A stretch of 25,831 bases of DNA from positions 1-25,831 of the IMG/VR virus record IMGVR_UViG_3300008255_000434, one strand, 5' to 3'. Positions 17,901-25,238 of this stretch are shown one piece after another. Made by a program: the position numbers and the translations under genes. The DNA comes from a virus (taxonomy: Duplodnaviria > Caudoviricetes). The notes under the pieces are model-generated. The model was given only the letters and a program-made list of their open reading frames with translations, was not told the DNA's origin and did no database searches. Each line of letters opens with the position of its first letter. Position 1 is the first letter of the stretch.

Positions 17901-18255
17901 GGGGCTGTCCCAGTGGACGTTCGACGGGTTCAAGCAGGCCGGTCTGTCGGGCATCTTCTTCGACATTGACGAGGTTGTGTCCGCAGCGACGAGCGGACAC
18001 GTTGGAGTTACGCCGGCCCTTGGCCTTGGCAAGCGGTATTATTCCGGCAACGACATGCTCGACGCGGTTCTTGGCCCTACGGCCAGCTTGGCCGGGGATG
18101 CGGCGATTTCGTCAGCCCGCCTTGTGACCGGGAAATTCAACGACGGAGATCTTCGGAGCTTCCGCCGGATGATCCCGATGCAGAATCACTTTCTGCTTTC
18201 TCGAATCTTCAGCCAGCTTGAAGACACGACATCCTCGGCCCTGGGCCTGAAATAG
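14932..18255 (+). CDS. Large internal virion (ejection) protein, gp16-like position (1107 aa)
   Basis: Hydrophobic 'G--ASIAAGVLDP--FLP' N-terminal region, 'NYF-R-YD', 'RTLD-PD--IEPWL--D', 'FQF--FSFAA--R', 'LGPT', 'R-IP-QN'. Directly before the tail fibre. Confidence 0.8.
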   Translation: MPFVLQDDRNGGTAFDAALATYVPPAQIRDEGPGVIETAKAAFSQHNLIASWFQDTSPIGELDPEFNPFAVRDPTRPWDRQNNPFVHIGGYEEHLNSFTHARNANDLERIRQQIDRENENKNTLAEAGWGGIAASIAAGVLDPTIFLPGGAVVKGARGVKILATAGRFAAAGAASVAVQEALLHTTQEARTVEESRDAVAAGAVLSGIFGVIASGFSKAKLNRTTRQLDSYLHPKPGDVDITAPGATPRKAVEDIWGDLSDPHSIERAEKVLGEAYFRATSPRLSNAVSEAEPTVAISDLLHQWVMPKAEGVKRLDAETSTRLRVAEADVAIGKVEDLYVNYQTGGTKKRAGFLSRVTQRFGSAEGKVSFEKFNEETAKALRRTREEYIGEGGIQEAWEAAVILRREVFDPTARELVSRGYFTKQLIEENPNYFYRMYDKVKLSDSGEAKEFVDAIIGHQSAKALVNGVPYDRAAARSELNAVVSRMLETAGDHPGDLPYRGPLLARTLDVPDVIIEPWLVSDAVRVTKYYSRAASSDLEIGKRFGIMKVLSKADETLPEDVAAIRVDKTIASVALRDRDNRLYQEFLPSKKLQARLDARKRLARNIYEAKTDADAQAILREADVQLAKEFSGGDMPLAIERIEDWYDTAIENAKGDAKAQSKLRRAKERDLRNIRTMRDEIRGTLGIPRDPGALAPEILRNGRQLAYLSVSGKIAMSSMTDLAMPVMNYGIGNVFRYAVVPMLRSFKSNVAKMAKDEIRLAIGAADTITNARAKSINGLANEVVATGSHGRFGNALDKATHYYSLANLIGPWNAIMENYAVMVAQGFIISNARKVAAGKALSPKTLKRLRELGLGVDHLRRAGAQFEQHGHVVDGVREPLVPNTSAWTDLDIRERYRGALNRARDLNILRGSAGDRPNIPWMSHEVQASIFQFMNFSFAANTRILARGLVYRDAAIASGVLASTAFGMMAVAMKRAADGRDLPDPGTAKGLSQWTFDGFKQAGLSGIFFDIDEVVSAATSGHVGVTPALGLGKRYYSGNDMLDAVLGPTASLAGDAAISSARLVTGKFNDGDLRSFRRMIPMQNHFLLSRIFSQLEDTTSSALGLK

Positions 18256-18276
18256 CGTGGAGTTGATCGCTATTAT
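18247..18276 (+). promoter_or_regulatory. Putative promoter P3 / operator upstream of the tail fibre gene
   Basis: CTGAAA, 18 nt, TATTAT. Contains the perfect inverted repeat AATAGCG-N10-CGCTATT (18251-18274). Shares TGAAATAGC with P1. Confidence 0.5.
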
Positions 18277-18292
18277 GCGGTAAAGTTTTGCC

Positions 18293-20311
18293 ATGAGCCT
18301 AACAACCGTACACGAACGACTCGACACGCAGGGCGACGGCGCCTCGACCGACTTCACGTTTCCGTATGTCGTGACCGACAGCGACGACTTGAAGGTCTAC
18401 CTCGAGGACATCGCAACAGGCGTGCCCACGATCCAGACCGAAGGCATCCACTACGACCTGATCGGCACGCTTGGGTCTGCGTCAGGCGTGACGATTCGAT
18501 TCAGAACGGCCCCGCCGGCGACAAAGAAGATCTGGCGATACCTGATCCCCGAAGACTTCACGCAACAGATCGCTACCGACGGATCGACGGCGGTATCTCC
18601 GACGGACTTCGTGGCGTTCCTTGACCGCGCCATGTCGTTCATTCAGGCGCTGGCCACTCATGCGGGACTCAAGAACCGCAACCTCGAAGATACTTTCCGA
18701 ATCCGTCGATCGCTCGGTGACCTTCTTCGGTGGGATCTGCAAGGCGCCATCGGCGGCAACGCTGGCGAGCCTGTCAACGGAACCGATCTTGCAACGAAGA
18801 ACTATGTAGTGAACCAGATCGCGGCCGGTGTGACCGCTTCGGGCACCTGGACGCACGGCAGCCTGGAAATGACCACGGCGACCGGAACCGCCACCACGGC
18901 GGCCACGCCGATCAAGATCAGCAGCACGCTGACTACTCTGGGGTCGAACACCTCAGAAGTCGACATGCCAGCGAACAACCGGCTACGGTACACCGGCACG
19001 ACCACGAAGGTTTTCAGGGCAACGGCTCACGGCACGATCGACATGGCATCGGCCGATGTGAACGTGAAGCTCGGCATCTACAAAAACGGCTCGCTCGTAG
19101 GAACAGCGACCGAGTTTGATTACGAGAACGCCGGGAAGAAAAACGATTTTAACGTCGTGGCCGATGGATTCACGCTCGCCAACGGCGATTACGTTGAACT
19201 GTGGGTTGAAACGGATTCAAACGAAACCGTCAATGTGACGAAGCTCACGCTTTCCCTGGACGCCATCGAGCAACAGGGCTTTGTCGTTGCCGATTCAGAC
19301 CTGCCCGACCCGGCGGCGTTGGCCGACAATTCGATTTTGGTTGTCGACTCGGCCGCTTGGACATCGCTTCAGGCGGGCATCGTGAAGGACTTGTTGGACG
19401 CGGCCGGACTCGCAAAGGGCGATGTGCTTGCGTACAACGGCGCTAACCTTGTTCGAGTGGGCGTTGGCTCTAACAACCAAATCCTAATCGCCGACTCAAC
19501 GGCATCGACAGGCGTGGCGTGGGGGAATGTCACCACGGTTGCCGCAGATACCCCGGATCAGGGCCACATCTACGGTCTCACGCTTTCAAACGGCACGGAC
19601 GCCGACCACGACATTGATATCGCCGTCGGCAACTGCGCGAACTTCTCCGGTTCTTTGCTCGTCACGCTGGGATCTGCCCTCACGAAGCAGATCGACGCAA
19701 CTTGGACGGAAGGCACCGGCGCCGGTGGCGATGTGACTGGCGGCGTGACGATAAACGAGACGTACCACGTCATCCTGATAACGAAGAATACCGATGGCAC
19801 GGTCGACGCGATGTTTGACACCAGCCCAACCGGCGCCAATGTGCCGACCGGATGGACCGCCGTTCGCCGCATTGGGTCAGTTGTCACCGACGGCTCGTCG
19901 AACATCATCAAGTTCTACCAGCGCGGCGATGTGTTCCTGTGGGACATCCCGGTCGTAGACGATTCCACGGCGAACCCCGGCACGTCTCGCGTCACAGTGA
20001 CGCTGACGCTACCAACAGACATCATTGTCGACGCGATCGTTTACGCTCTATTGCTTGATGACGGTTCTGCGGGGCAGGCATATCTCGATGTCGGCCCGCT
20101 CAAGAAAACCGACGTGGCCATCAGTGTCAACGACGCCACGCACATCATCGACCGAACTGGGTCGACTACGCATAAGCTCGCGAATCAAGTGCTCGAGGTG
20201 GAAACAGACACGCTTGGCCGAATTTGCTACCGGCTTAGTGCGTCGGTGGCGGAAACGAACGTAACCATCAATACACGCGGCTGGATCGACCGTCGCGGCA
20301 AGGACAGCTAA
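18293..20311 (+). CDS. Tail fibre protein with T7 gp17-like N-terminal anchor domain
   Basis: 'GDG--TDFTFPY----DDLKVY' and 'LDR-----Q' anchor motifs. 'ATKNYV' neck. C1q/TNF-like segment ('KNG...LANGDYVELWV'), 'KGD-L---G----R-GVG---Q-L-ADS---GV-W' repeat unit, C-terminal domain starting 'HIYGLTLSN'. Confidence 0.9.
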   Translation: MSLTTVHERLDTQGDGASTDFTFPYVVTDSDDLKVYLEDIATGVPTIQTEGIHYDLIGTLGSASGVTIRFRTAPPATKKIWRYLIPEDFTQQIATDGSTAVSPTDFVAFLDRAMSFIQALATHAGLKNRNLEDTFRIRRSLGDLLRWDLQGAIGGNAGEPVNGTDLATKNYVVNQIAAGVTASGTWTHGSLEMTTATGTATTAATPIKISSTLTTLGSNTSEVDMPANNRLRYTGTTTKVFRATAHGTIDMASADVNVKLGIYKNGSLVGTATEFDYENAGKKNDFNVVADGFTLANGDYVELWVETDSNETVNVTKLTLSLDAIEQQGFVVADSDLPDPAALADNSILVVDSAAWTSLQAGIVKDLLDAAGLAKGDVLAYNGANLVRVGVGSNNQILIADSTASTGVAWGNVTTVAADTPDQGHIYGLTLSNGTDADHDIDIAVGNCANFSGSLLVTLGSALTKQIDATWTEGTGAGGDVTGGVTINETYHVILITKNTDGTVDAMFDTSPTGANVPTGWTAVRRIGSVVTDGSSNIIKFYQRGDVFLWDIPVVDDSTANPGTSRVTVTLTLPTDIIVDAIVYALLLDDGSAGQAYLDVGPLKKTDVAISVNDATHIIDRTGSTTHKLANQVLEVETDTLGRICYRLSASVAETNVTINTRGWIDRRGKDS

Positions 20312-20324
20312 AGGAGCCATAGCC

Positions 20325-20885
20325 ATGGCATTGACCGACGTTCCAGCAAGAATTCTTCCGCCCCGAATTGACGAAGACAAGGTGCCCGTCGGCCAAAAGG
20401 TCGTCCCCGTCTCGGTTGTGTCAGGGTGGGTTCACGCCGGAGTTAACCCGGAAACTGTCGACTCATCTCCCGACGCGCTCGACGGGCCGGGTCTGGATTC
20501 TCGCCGCAAGATCAACGTTTCGGGCCGAGGAACGTCCATGCTGATCGCCTGCGCCTACAAGAGCGGAGGCGCGACGTTGACCAACCCGGTTGTGGTTGCG
20601 CATGGCATCAGCAAGAGCCAAGTTCGAGACAGTTCGCAGGCAAATCTCGAAGCCGACGTGTATCAGCTTCTGAGCCAGACCGACGGGACTGTGCTTCAGA
20701 CGCTGGTGGTCAACAACGCGGTGGACGGGATCGCCTACAACGATGGCGTCAGCGACTACAAGCTGACGGCGCCGATCAAGCTTGATCTCGACGGATGTCA
20801 AGATCTCGTCATCGGCATCGAGACCGCCATGACCGAGAGCGCCGACTACGGCGAACCGTTCATTGTCGTCAAGGTCTTGAACTGA
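20325..20885 (+). CDS. Hypothetical beta-rich protein, probably virion-associated (186 aa)
   Basis: Strong SD AAGGAG at 20311-20316. Val/Asp/Gly-rich alternating pattern. Lies in the tail-fibre cluster. Confidence 0.7.
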   Translation: MALTDVPARILPPRIDEDKVPVGQKVVPVSVVSGWVHAGVNPETVDSSPDALDGPGLDSRRKINVSGRGTSMLIACAYKSGGATLTNPVVVAHGISKSQVRDSSQANLEADVYQLLSQTDGTVLQTLVVNNAVDGIAYNDGVSDYKLTAPIKLDLDGCQDLVIGIETAMTESADYGEPFIVVKVLN

Positions 20886-20920
20886 TCTAGGCCGGTCGTG
20901 CCTTGAAAGGCAGGTGCCAA

Positions 20921-21550
20921 ATGCCTCAAAACGTCGCTCTGTTTTGTCGCGACCACGACCTGAGTACCGCGCGTCACACGTGGAAAGAGGGCGAGCCGAT
21001 GGAGGCTATCCTGGCGTCCCAGCTGCCGCTGTTCCTGGACGCTGGATTCGCCGGTCGGCTGCGCACCCAGGTGGTGTGCATGGTCGATGACCCAGAGGTT
21101 GAGCTCGAGTTGCGGCGGATGATTCTTGCGGGCCACACCATGCCTCGTATTGGATGCCCTTGGCACACAAGGGTTTTGGCTGGCCACTGGACGGGGCAAT
21201 CGCCATGGCGAGTGTACTTCGATCCAGCGTGGCGCGCCGACAGGGATGTCTACAAGGCTGAATTGCGTGAAATCGAGGATCTTGAGGCAGAATCTCGCGC
21301 GCTGCGCAACGAGCCGAACAAGACAAGTCGCGCGCAGATCGACGCGATTACGCGCGACATCGAATCGAAGCGCGCTATGTTCGAGCCTTTTCGGGCGCGT
21401 ATTGAGCGCCCACTGATCGAGGGCAAGGATTGCGAAGTTCGCGGCACAAACAATCTTCTTCGTAGAATGTCCGACGCGATCCTCCTGAAAGAATCCAGAG
21501 CAAGGACCGCGATCGGCAAGCTGCCGCCCCACGACGTGAAGGTGGCCTGA
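20921..21550 (+). CDS. Hypothetical tail-associated protein with coiled-coil insert (209 aa)
   Basis: ATG 20921, TGATG coupling to the next gene, and similarity by eye to that gene. Confidence 0.7.
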   Translation: MPQNVALFCRDHDLSTARHTWKEGEPMEAILASQLPLFLDAGFAGRLRTQVVCMVDDPEVELELRRMILAGHTMPRIGCPWHTRVLAGHWTGQSPWRVYFDPAWRADRDVYKAELREIEDLEAESRALRNEPNKTSRAQIDAITRDIESKRAMFEPFRARIERPLIEGKDCEVRGTNNLLRRMSDAILLKESRARTAIGKLPPHDVKVA

Positions 21551-21966
21551 TGCTTGCGGCGCTCGTGAAGATCTATGATCTGCCGGGCCAGGATGTGGTG
21601 CTTTCGCACCTCGATCTCGATGTGATACTGGTCAGGCCATGGGCGGATCGCCACAAGTTCGGTCGCCAGGAATACATAATTCACAAGGTGATTCCGCTGG
21701 TCGATCCCGATTTGGAGGCGAACCCAGACCGATGGAATAATCCGTATTTCGAGGTGACAGAGGCCGACACGTTCGAGCCGAACCCAATCACCCAAGAAGC
21801 GATGCCGACGCCAGTAGCACGCCGATGCCGCGTGCGGGTAGACGTGTCCGCGCTCACCGACGAGAAGTTCCGCGCGATCTACGACGTCACCGAGCCAACA
21901 GACCCGGACATCTTCAGCGAAGACGATTTTTTGATTGTATCGAAGGCGGGTGTGCTGGATGGCTGA
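21550..21966 (+). CDS. Hypothetical tail-associated protein (138 aa)
   Basis: Coupled at both ends (TGATG upstream, 8-nt overlap downstream). Codon usage like neighbouring genes. Confidence 0.75.
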   Translation: MLAALVKIYDLPGQDVVLSHLDLDVILVRPWADRHKFGRQEYIIHKVIPLVDPDLEANPDRWNNPYFEVTEADTFEPNPITQEAMPTPVARRCRVRVDVSALTDEKFRAIYDVTEPTDPDIFSEDDFLIVSKAGVLDG

Positions 21967-23020
21967 TGATCGAATCTATCCCGGCGGCGGAGGCGACTAC
22001 ACAAGCTTGCCGTCCAAAGAGGCGGCGGGAACGGGAAACAACGGCGTGATGAACGCGTCGGGTGATTGTGGAAATACGGTTTACAACAACGCGGCAGATA
22101 ATGGCATCGTGTTGTATGGCGAAGATGGAAGCCGCCCAGTCGCCGACATGAGCGACATCACCGTATCTGCGCGCATTACGAGTGGTGGCGGCAACGGCAT
22201 CTTGGGGGGCTCAAGTCTCTTTATTCTAAATTTGTCGATGACGGTCGACGGATTTGCCACGTCACACAGCACCTTTTTCACGACATGGTGGTCGGGTGTA
22301 TGGTTTTTGTCGCAGACCTCCACGGCCGTGACATGGACGGCCAAAAACATGTGGTGCCATGGCAAGCAAAACACAGACACATCTAATCCCATGAACCCGA
22401 TGGCCGCGACGTCAAACTTCGGAGCCGGAAACACGACGCTGCATATTTATAACCATAGATCGGTCGTCGACCCCACTGGAATAGTGTCAACGTCACCCGA
22501 TGGCGGTGGCATTTGGTGCAACCGGAACGAAGGCACTCTTGTTGACTGGTCATTAGAGAACTGCTCAAGTCACTCACACGGGCGTCAAGCCTATGCGATC
22601 CGATGCGCCGGCGGCACGGAAAAGCTGACCAATCAATACAACTGCGTTGGATTCGGCGGTTTTACGGCCGATTTTATCAACGATGTCGCTCCAACAAACG
22701 CAGACACCAATGCCAGCGGCGACACGTCAGCGCCAGGCACGACGACATTCCACAGCCTGACAGACACGGATCATTTCACAGACACGACGTATGATTTCAC
22801 GCTGAAGTCCGGCAGCGACTTGCTCGATGCGGGCACGGCGCGCGGCGCAGTTTCCGAACTCGCTACCGACGCCCTTGGCACTTCCCGACCGCAAGGTTCC
22901 GGCTGGGACATCGGGGCGATTGAGTTGGAGGTGGCGGACTTGGAGCCTCCATGCGACCGCCGAAAAGCAGACCGTGACGACAGAATTCACGGATTGCTAG
23001 ACAGGTGCTGGCCCATCTGA
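21959..23020 (+). CDS. Pectin-lyase-like beta-helix protein (tailspike-like) with choice-of-anchor-Q-like C-terminal motif
   Basis: ATG 21959. N-terminal 'GGGDYTSL', Asn/Gly/Thr-rich strand-turn pattern ('LENCS', 'YNCVGF'), and 'DFTLKSGS-LLDAG...DALG--RPQGSGWDIGAIE'. Confidence 0.75.
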   Translation: MADDRIYPGGGGDYTSLPSKEAAGTGNNGVMNASGDCGNTVYNNAADNGIVLYGEDGSRPVADMSDITVSARITSGGGNGILGGSSLFILNLSMTVDGFATSHSTFFTTWWSGVWFLSQTSTAVTWTAKNMWCHGKQNTDTSNPMNPMAATSNFGAGNTTLHIYNHRSVVDPTGIVSTSPDGGGIWCNRNEGTLVDWSLENCSSHSHGRQAYAIRCAGGTEKLTNQYNCVGFGGFTADFINDVAPTNADTNASGDTSAPGTTTFHSLTDTDHFTDTTYDFTLKSGSDLLDAGTARGAVSELATDALGTSRPQGSGWDIGAIELEVADLEPPCDRRKADRDDRIHGLLDRCWPI

Positions 23021-23045
23021 GTACCATGCATGCAGGAGATCCGTT

Positions 23046-23363
23046 ATGTCCGGCAAAAACCTGATGGCTAAGGCGAGACAGTATCAGCCAATCGGTACCC
23101 TCATCACGATGTTGACCGCTATTGGCCTTCTCGTCGGAATGGGCACCCAAGGCGCTGCCGTTGTTCGCGCAAACGAGGCGATGCGGCGCGATCTTGCCGC
23201 TGCCCAGGCACAGATCAAGGCCGTCATTGATGTGAAGATCCCGTCGATCCAGGCGAAGGCTGAGGCGCAGGCCATCAAGACCCAGGACGTTCAGTCAACC
23301 CAGCAAGCGATCCTCCGCTCGCTGGCCAGAATTGAAGCCAAGCTCGACACCATCGAAAAATAA
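23046..23363 (+). CDS. Small membrane protein with one TM helix and C-terminal coiled coil (holin- or inner-spanin-like candidate)
   Basis: AGGAGA SD. Hydrophobic 'IGTLITMLTAIGLLVGMG' then heptads ending 'LARIEAKLD'. Last gene of the late operon. Confidence 0.6.
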   Translation: MSGKNLMAKARQYQPIGTLITMLTAIGLLVGMGTQGAAVVRANEAMRRDLAAAQAQIKAVIDVKIPSIQAKAEAQAIKTQDVQSTQQAILRSLARIEAKLDTIEK

Positions 23364-23391
23364 AACCGACCGGGCTTTTACACCCGGCCGG
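23356..23391 (-). terminator. Intrinsic terminator of the minus-strand operon
   Basis: Minus strand reads CCGGCCGGG-TGTAAAAG-CCCGGTCGG-TTTTATTTTT. The single mismatch is a G-U wobble only on this strand. Confidence 0.75.
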
Positions 23392-23432
23392 CTGCTGTTC
23401 GATAAGCTCGTCTCGTTGAGTCAACGATTGAG

Positions 23433-23984
23433 CTAAGTTGTCGCCTCGTCCGAGGCAGTCGTAAGTGTTCCCATGCCACCGCTCGTTGTTTTGTCGTTCC
23501 GGTCGGCGGCCTTGCCCGGCCCGACATTACGATTGTTGTGTGACACAGACCCGTAGTGCATCGACGCGATCGCCCAGATAACAATGCCTCCGACGATCAC
23601 GGCTTGGGCCATGCCGCTCAGCGAATACCAAGCCATTGTCCCAGCCCCGACGGCGGCCAGCGCCTTGGGTGCCCATGTGCCGAACACCAGCCACGCCGTC
23701 TTGTTGCCCCACCACTGAAGCACGCCGGACCCAATGACAACCACCAGCCCGAGCAACATCATGTGCCGATTGTTCGTCGCTTCCAGTTCGACATCGCTCA
23801 GGTAGGTGTGGAGTACTGACGCGCCGGTATCCATTCGCTTGTTGCCTTCAGGCCCGACATGCGTCGATGACAGGCTCGGCTGATCGGGCGGAAAGCCGAG
23901 CGAATAGGCCACTTCAAATTCACCAAGCCGAACGGCCCCGTTGCACCCGGCGAGAATAAGCATTGCGATTAAGGCCAGCCTCAT
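23433..23984 (-). CDS. Lipoprotein with about three C-terminal transmembrane segments
   Basis: Signal peptide with canonical lipobox 'LAG|C' (Cys14), ~60 polar residues, three hydrophobic stretches, polar tail. Confidence 0.75.
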   Translation of the reverse strand: MRLALIAMLILAGCNGAVRLGEFEVAYSLGFPPDQPSLSSTHVGPEGNKRMDTGASVLHTYLSDVELEATNNRHMMLLGLVVVIGSGVLQWWGNKTAWLVFGTWAPKALAAVGAGTMAWYSLSGMAQAVIVGGIVIWAIASMHYGSVSHNNRNVGPGKAADRNDKTTSGGMGTLTTASDEATT

Positions 23985-23993
23985 GCATCCATT

Positions 23994-24452
23994 CTAGCGT
24001 GATCCATGCTCGTAGTGCAGGGTGATTATGGCGCCTGTCCTGCCCTGCGAATACAGCTTTGTCGACCTTACGTCGTAAATCATGCTGTCGTTGTGGACCA
24101 AGTGTTCGGACTCGAGAACATCCTTGACCAGCTTCAGCATGTTGTCTGCATCAGGCTTCGCTAGGTGCTTTGTCGGCGCTGCGTCCTTAAGCGACCCGTC
24201 CTTTCGGAACCACCGCTGGGCATACGGCATCAAGAACTTCACGTAGAGCCGAACGGGGCACGCAGGCGGGCTCTGTATTAGCCCATGCCGCGCCGCGTGG
24301 TGCCGGGCCTCAAGCGTTACGCGGTCCCTCCAAGCCCCGTACTTGCCGCTCTTGTCGCGGTAGTACGTGCGGCCACCTTGTGCGTTTGAGTGGCGCGGCT
24401 GGGCGACGGGAACGCCTTCTGCGAAGAAATGAACAGTGATTGGCTGCGTCAT
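23994..24452 (-). CDS. rusA: RusA-family Holliday junction resolvase
   Basis: 'G-PV-QPR' N-terminus, catalytic 'KPDADN--K---D-L', '-DS-I', 'K-YS'. ATGA overlap with the upstream gene. Confidence 0.92.
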   Translation of the reverse strand: MTQPITVHFFAEGVPVAQPRHSNAQGGRTYYRDKSGKYGAWRDRVTLEARHHAARHGLIQSPPACPVRLYVKFLMPYAQRWFRKDGSLKDAAPTKHLAKPDADNMLKLVKDVLESEHLVHNDSMIYDVRSTKLYSQGRTGAIITLHYEHGSR

Positions 24453-24937
24453 ATATTACGCTTCTTGCCGTCGTCGGAATGGTCGACGCCATCCGGGCCG
24501 GGTTCCTTTGCGAACCGGAGCTTTGGATCGGGTTCGTTCCTTGGATCCCATCCCTCGGACTTGCGGTCTTCGAGAAACAGAACGCGCGCCATGTCGTTGT
24601 CGCTCAGGCTCCGCGTCGGCTTTCCTCGCCTCTCCATCTCCGTTTTCAGGGTTTCGGAATCCCACGAGGCGTAGGGATTCTCCGCGTAGGCGCCGGGCTT
24701 TGATGGCGCTGGCTTGGGCTTGGCGGGCGGTTTCGGCTTGGGCTTGGGCTTGGGTTGAGCCTCCTGCGTCGGCACAGAGTTTTCGATCTGCTCGTCAATG
24801 AAGTCTAGCAACGCCTCGGCTTGCAGCGTGTTCATTGCGATGAAGTACTCCATCGCTTCACGCTCAGCCTTGCGCATGCAGCGCATGGCGGCCAAGCGGT
24901 CTAGCAGTTGTGATTGGTGTTCGCGTCCGGTACTCAT
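24449..24937 (-). CDS. Hypothetical protein: helical N-domain, Pro/Lys linker, SAP/HeH-like motif
   Basis: AGAGGGA SD. '(PK)n' linker. 'YASWDSETLKTEMERRG-------DMARVL' resembles SAP/Rho-N/HeH. Confidence 0.75.
   Translation of the reverse strand: MSTGREHQSQLLDRLAAMRCMRKAEREAMEYFIAMNTLQAEALLDFIDEQIENSVPTQEAQPKPKPKPKPPAKPKPAPSKPGAYAENPYASWDSETLKTEMERRGKPTRSLSDNDMARVLFLEDRKSEGWDPRNEPDPKLRFAKEPGPDGVDHSDDGKKRNI
24711..24754. repeat. Short GGCTTG tandem repeats encoding the PK linker
   Basis: GGCTTGGGCTTGG...GGCTTGGGCTTGGGCTTGGG on the + strand. Confidence 0.7.
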
Positions 24938-25002
24938 TTTAGGTCCCTCTTTTTGGGTTGTTCAACTGCGTGATCCAGATCTCGCCAGCGAAGCTTGTTC
25001 AT
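24934..25002 (-). CDS. 22-aa mini-ORF (MNKLRWRDLDHAVEQPKKRDLK)
   Basis: Fills the intergenic gap exactly, with ATGA overlaps at both ends. Confidence 0.5.
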   Translation of the reverse strand: MNKLRWRDLDHAVEQPKKRDLK

Positions 25003-25238
25003 CGCCCGCCCTCCGCGTCGGGGGTGGCAGGGCGTTGCGCGCTGTTCCAGGCTTCCCGCGCTAGGCGCATGGACTGGTCGGAGTTGATGAGCTCATGGCC
25101 ATTTCTGAATTCCACGTTCCATTCGCCGCAACAATTCCCAGCCACCATTGCCCACCGGGGCCTTTCGTGATCGCACGAAATTAAAAGGCGTTTCGGCACT
25201 TGTCCGCAAGGGCACGGCTTCAGTTCGCTGTCGGTCAT
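24999..25238 (-). CDS. Lar-like (restriction alleviation family) small Cys-rich protein
   Basis: ATG 25238 with AAGGAG SD. 'ELKPCP-CG', second Cys pair, 'A--AWN' ending typical of the family. Function not established by the motif alone. Confidence 0.7.
   Translation of the reverse strand: MTDSELKPCPCGQVPKRLLISCDHERPRWAMVAGNCCGEWNVEFRNGHELINSDQSMRLAREAWNSAQRPATPDAEGGR

Larger units (their letters stand above)
1209..23363 (+). mobile_element. Podovirus-type phage packaging/virion morphogenesis module (phage or prophage; window boundaries not resolvable)
   Basis: Co-directional, tightly coupled genes in the order terminase-portal-scaffold-capsid-tail tube A/B-internal proteins-tail fibre. No tape measure, sheath or tail-tube gene of long-tailed phages. 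Confidence 0.95.

Noticed and set aside
18293-23363. Diversity-generating retroelement, as in BPP-1-like phages
   Set aside because: No reverse transcriptase, and I saw no template/variable repeat pair differing at adenines in the window.
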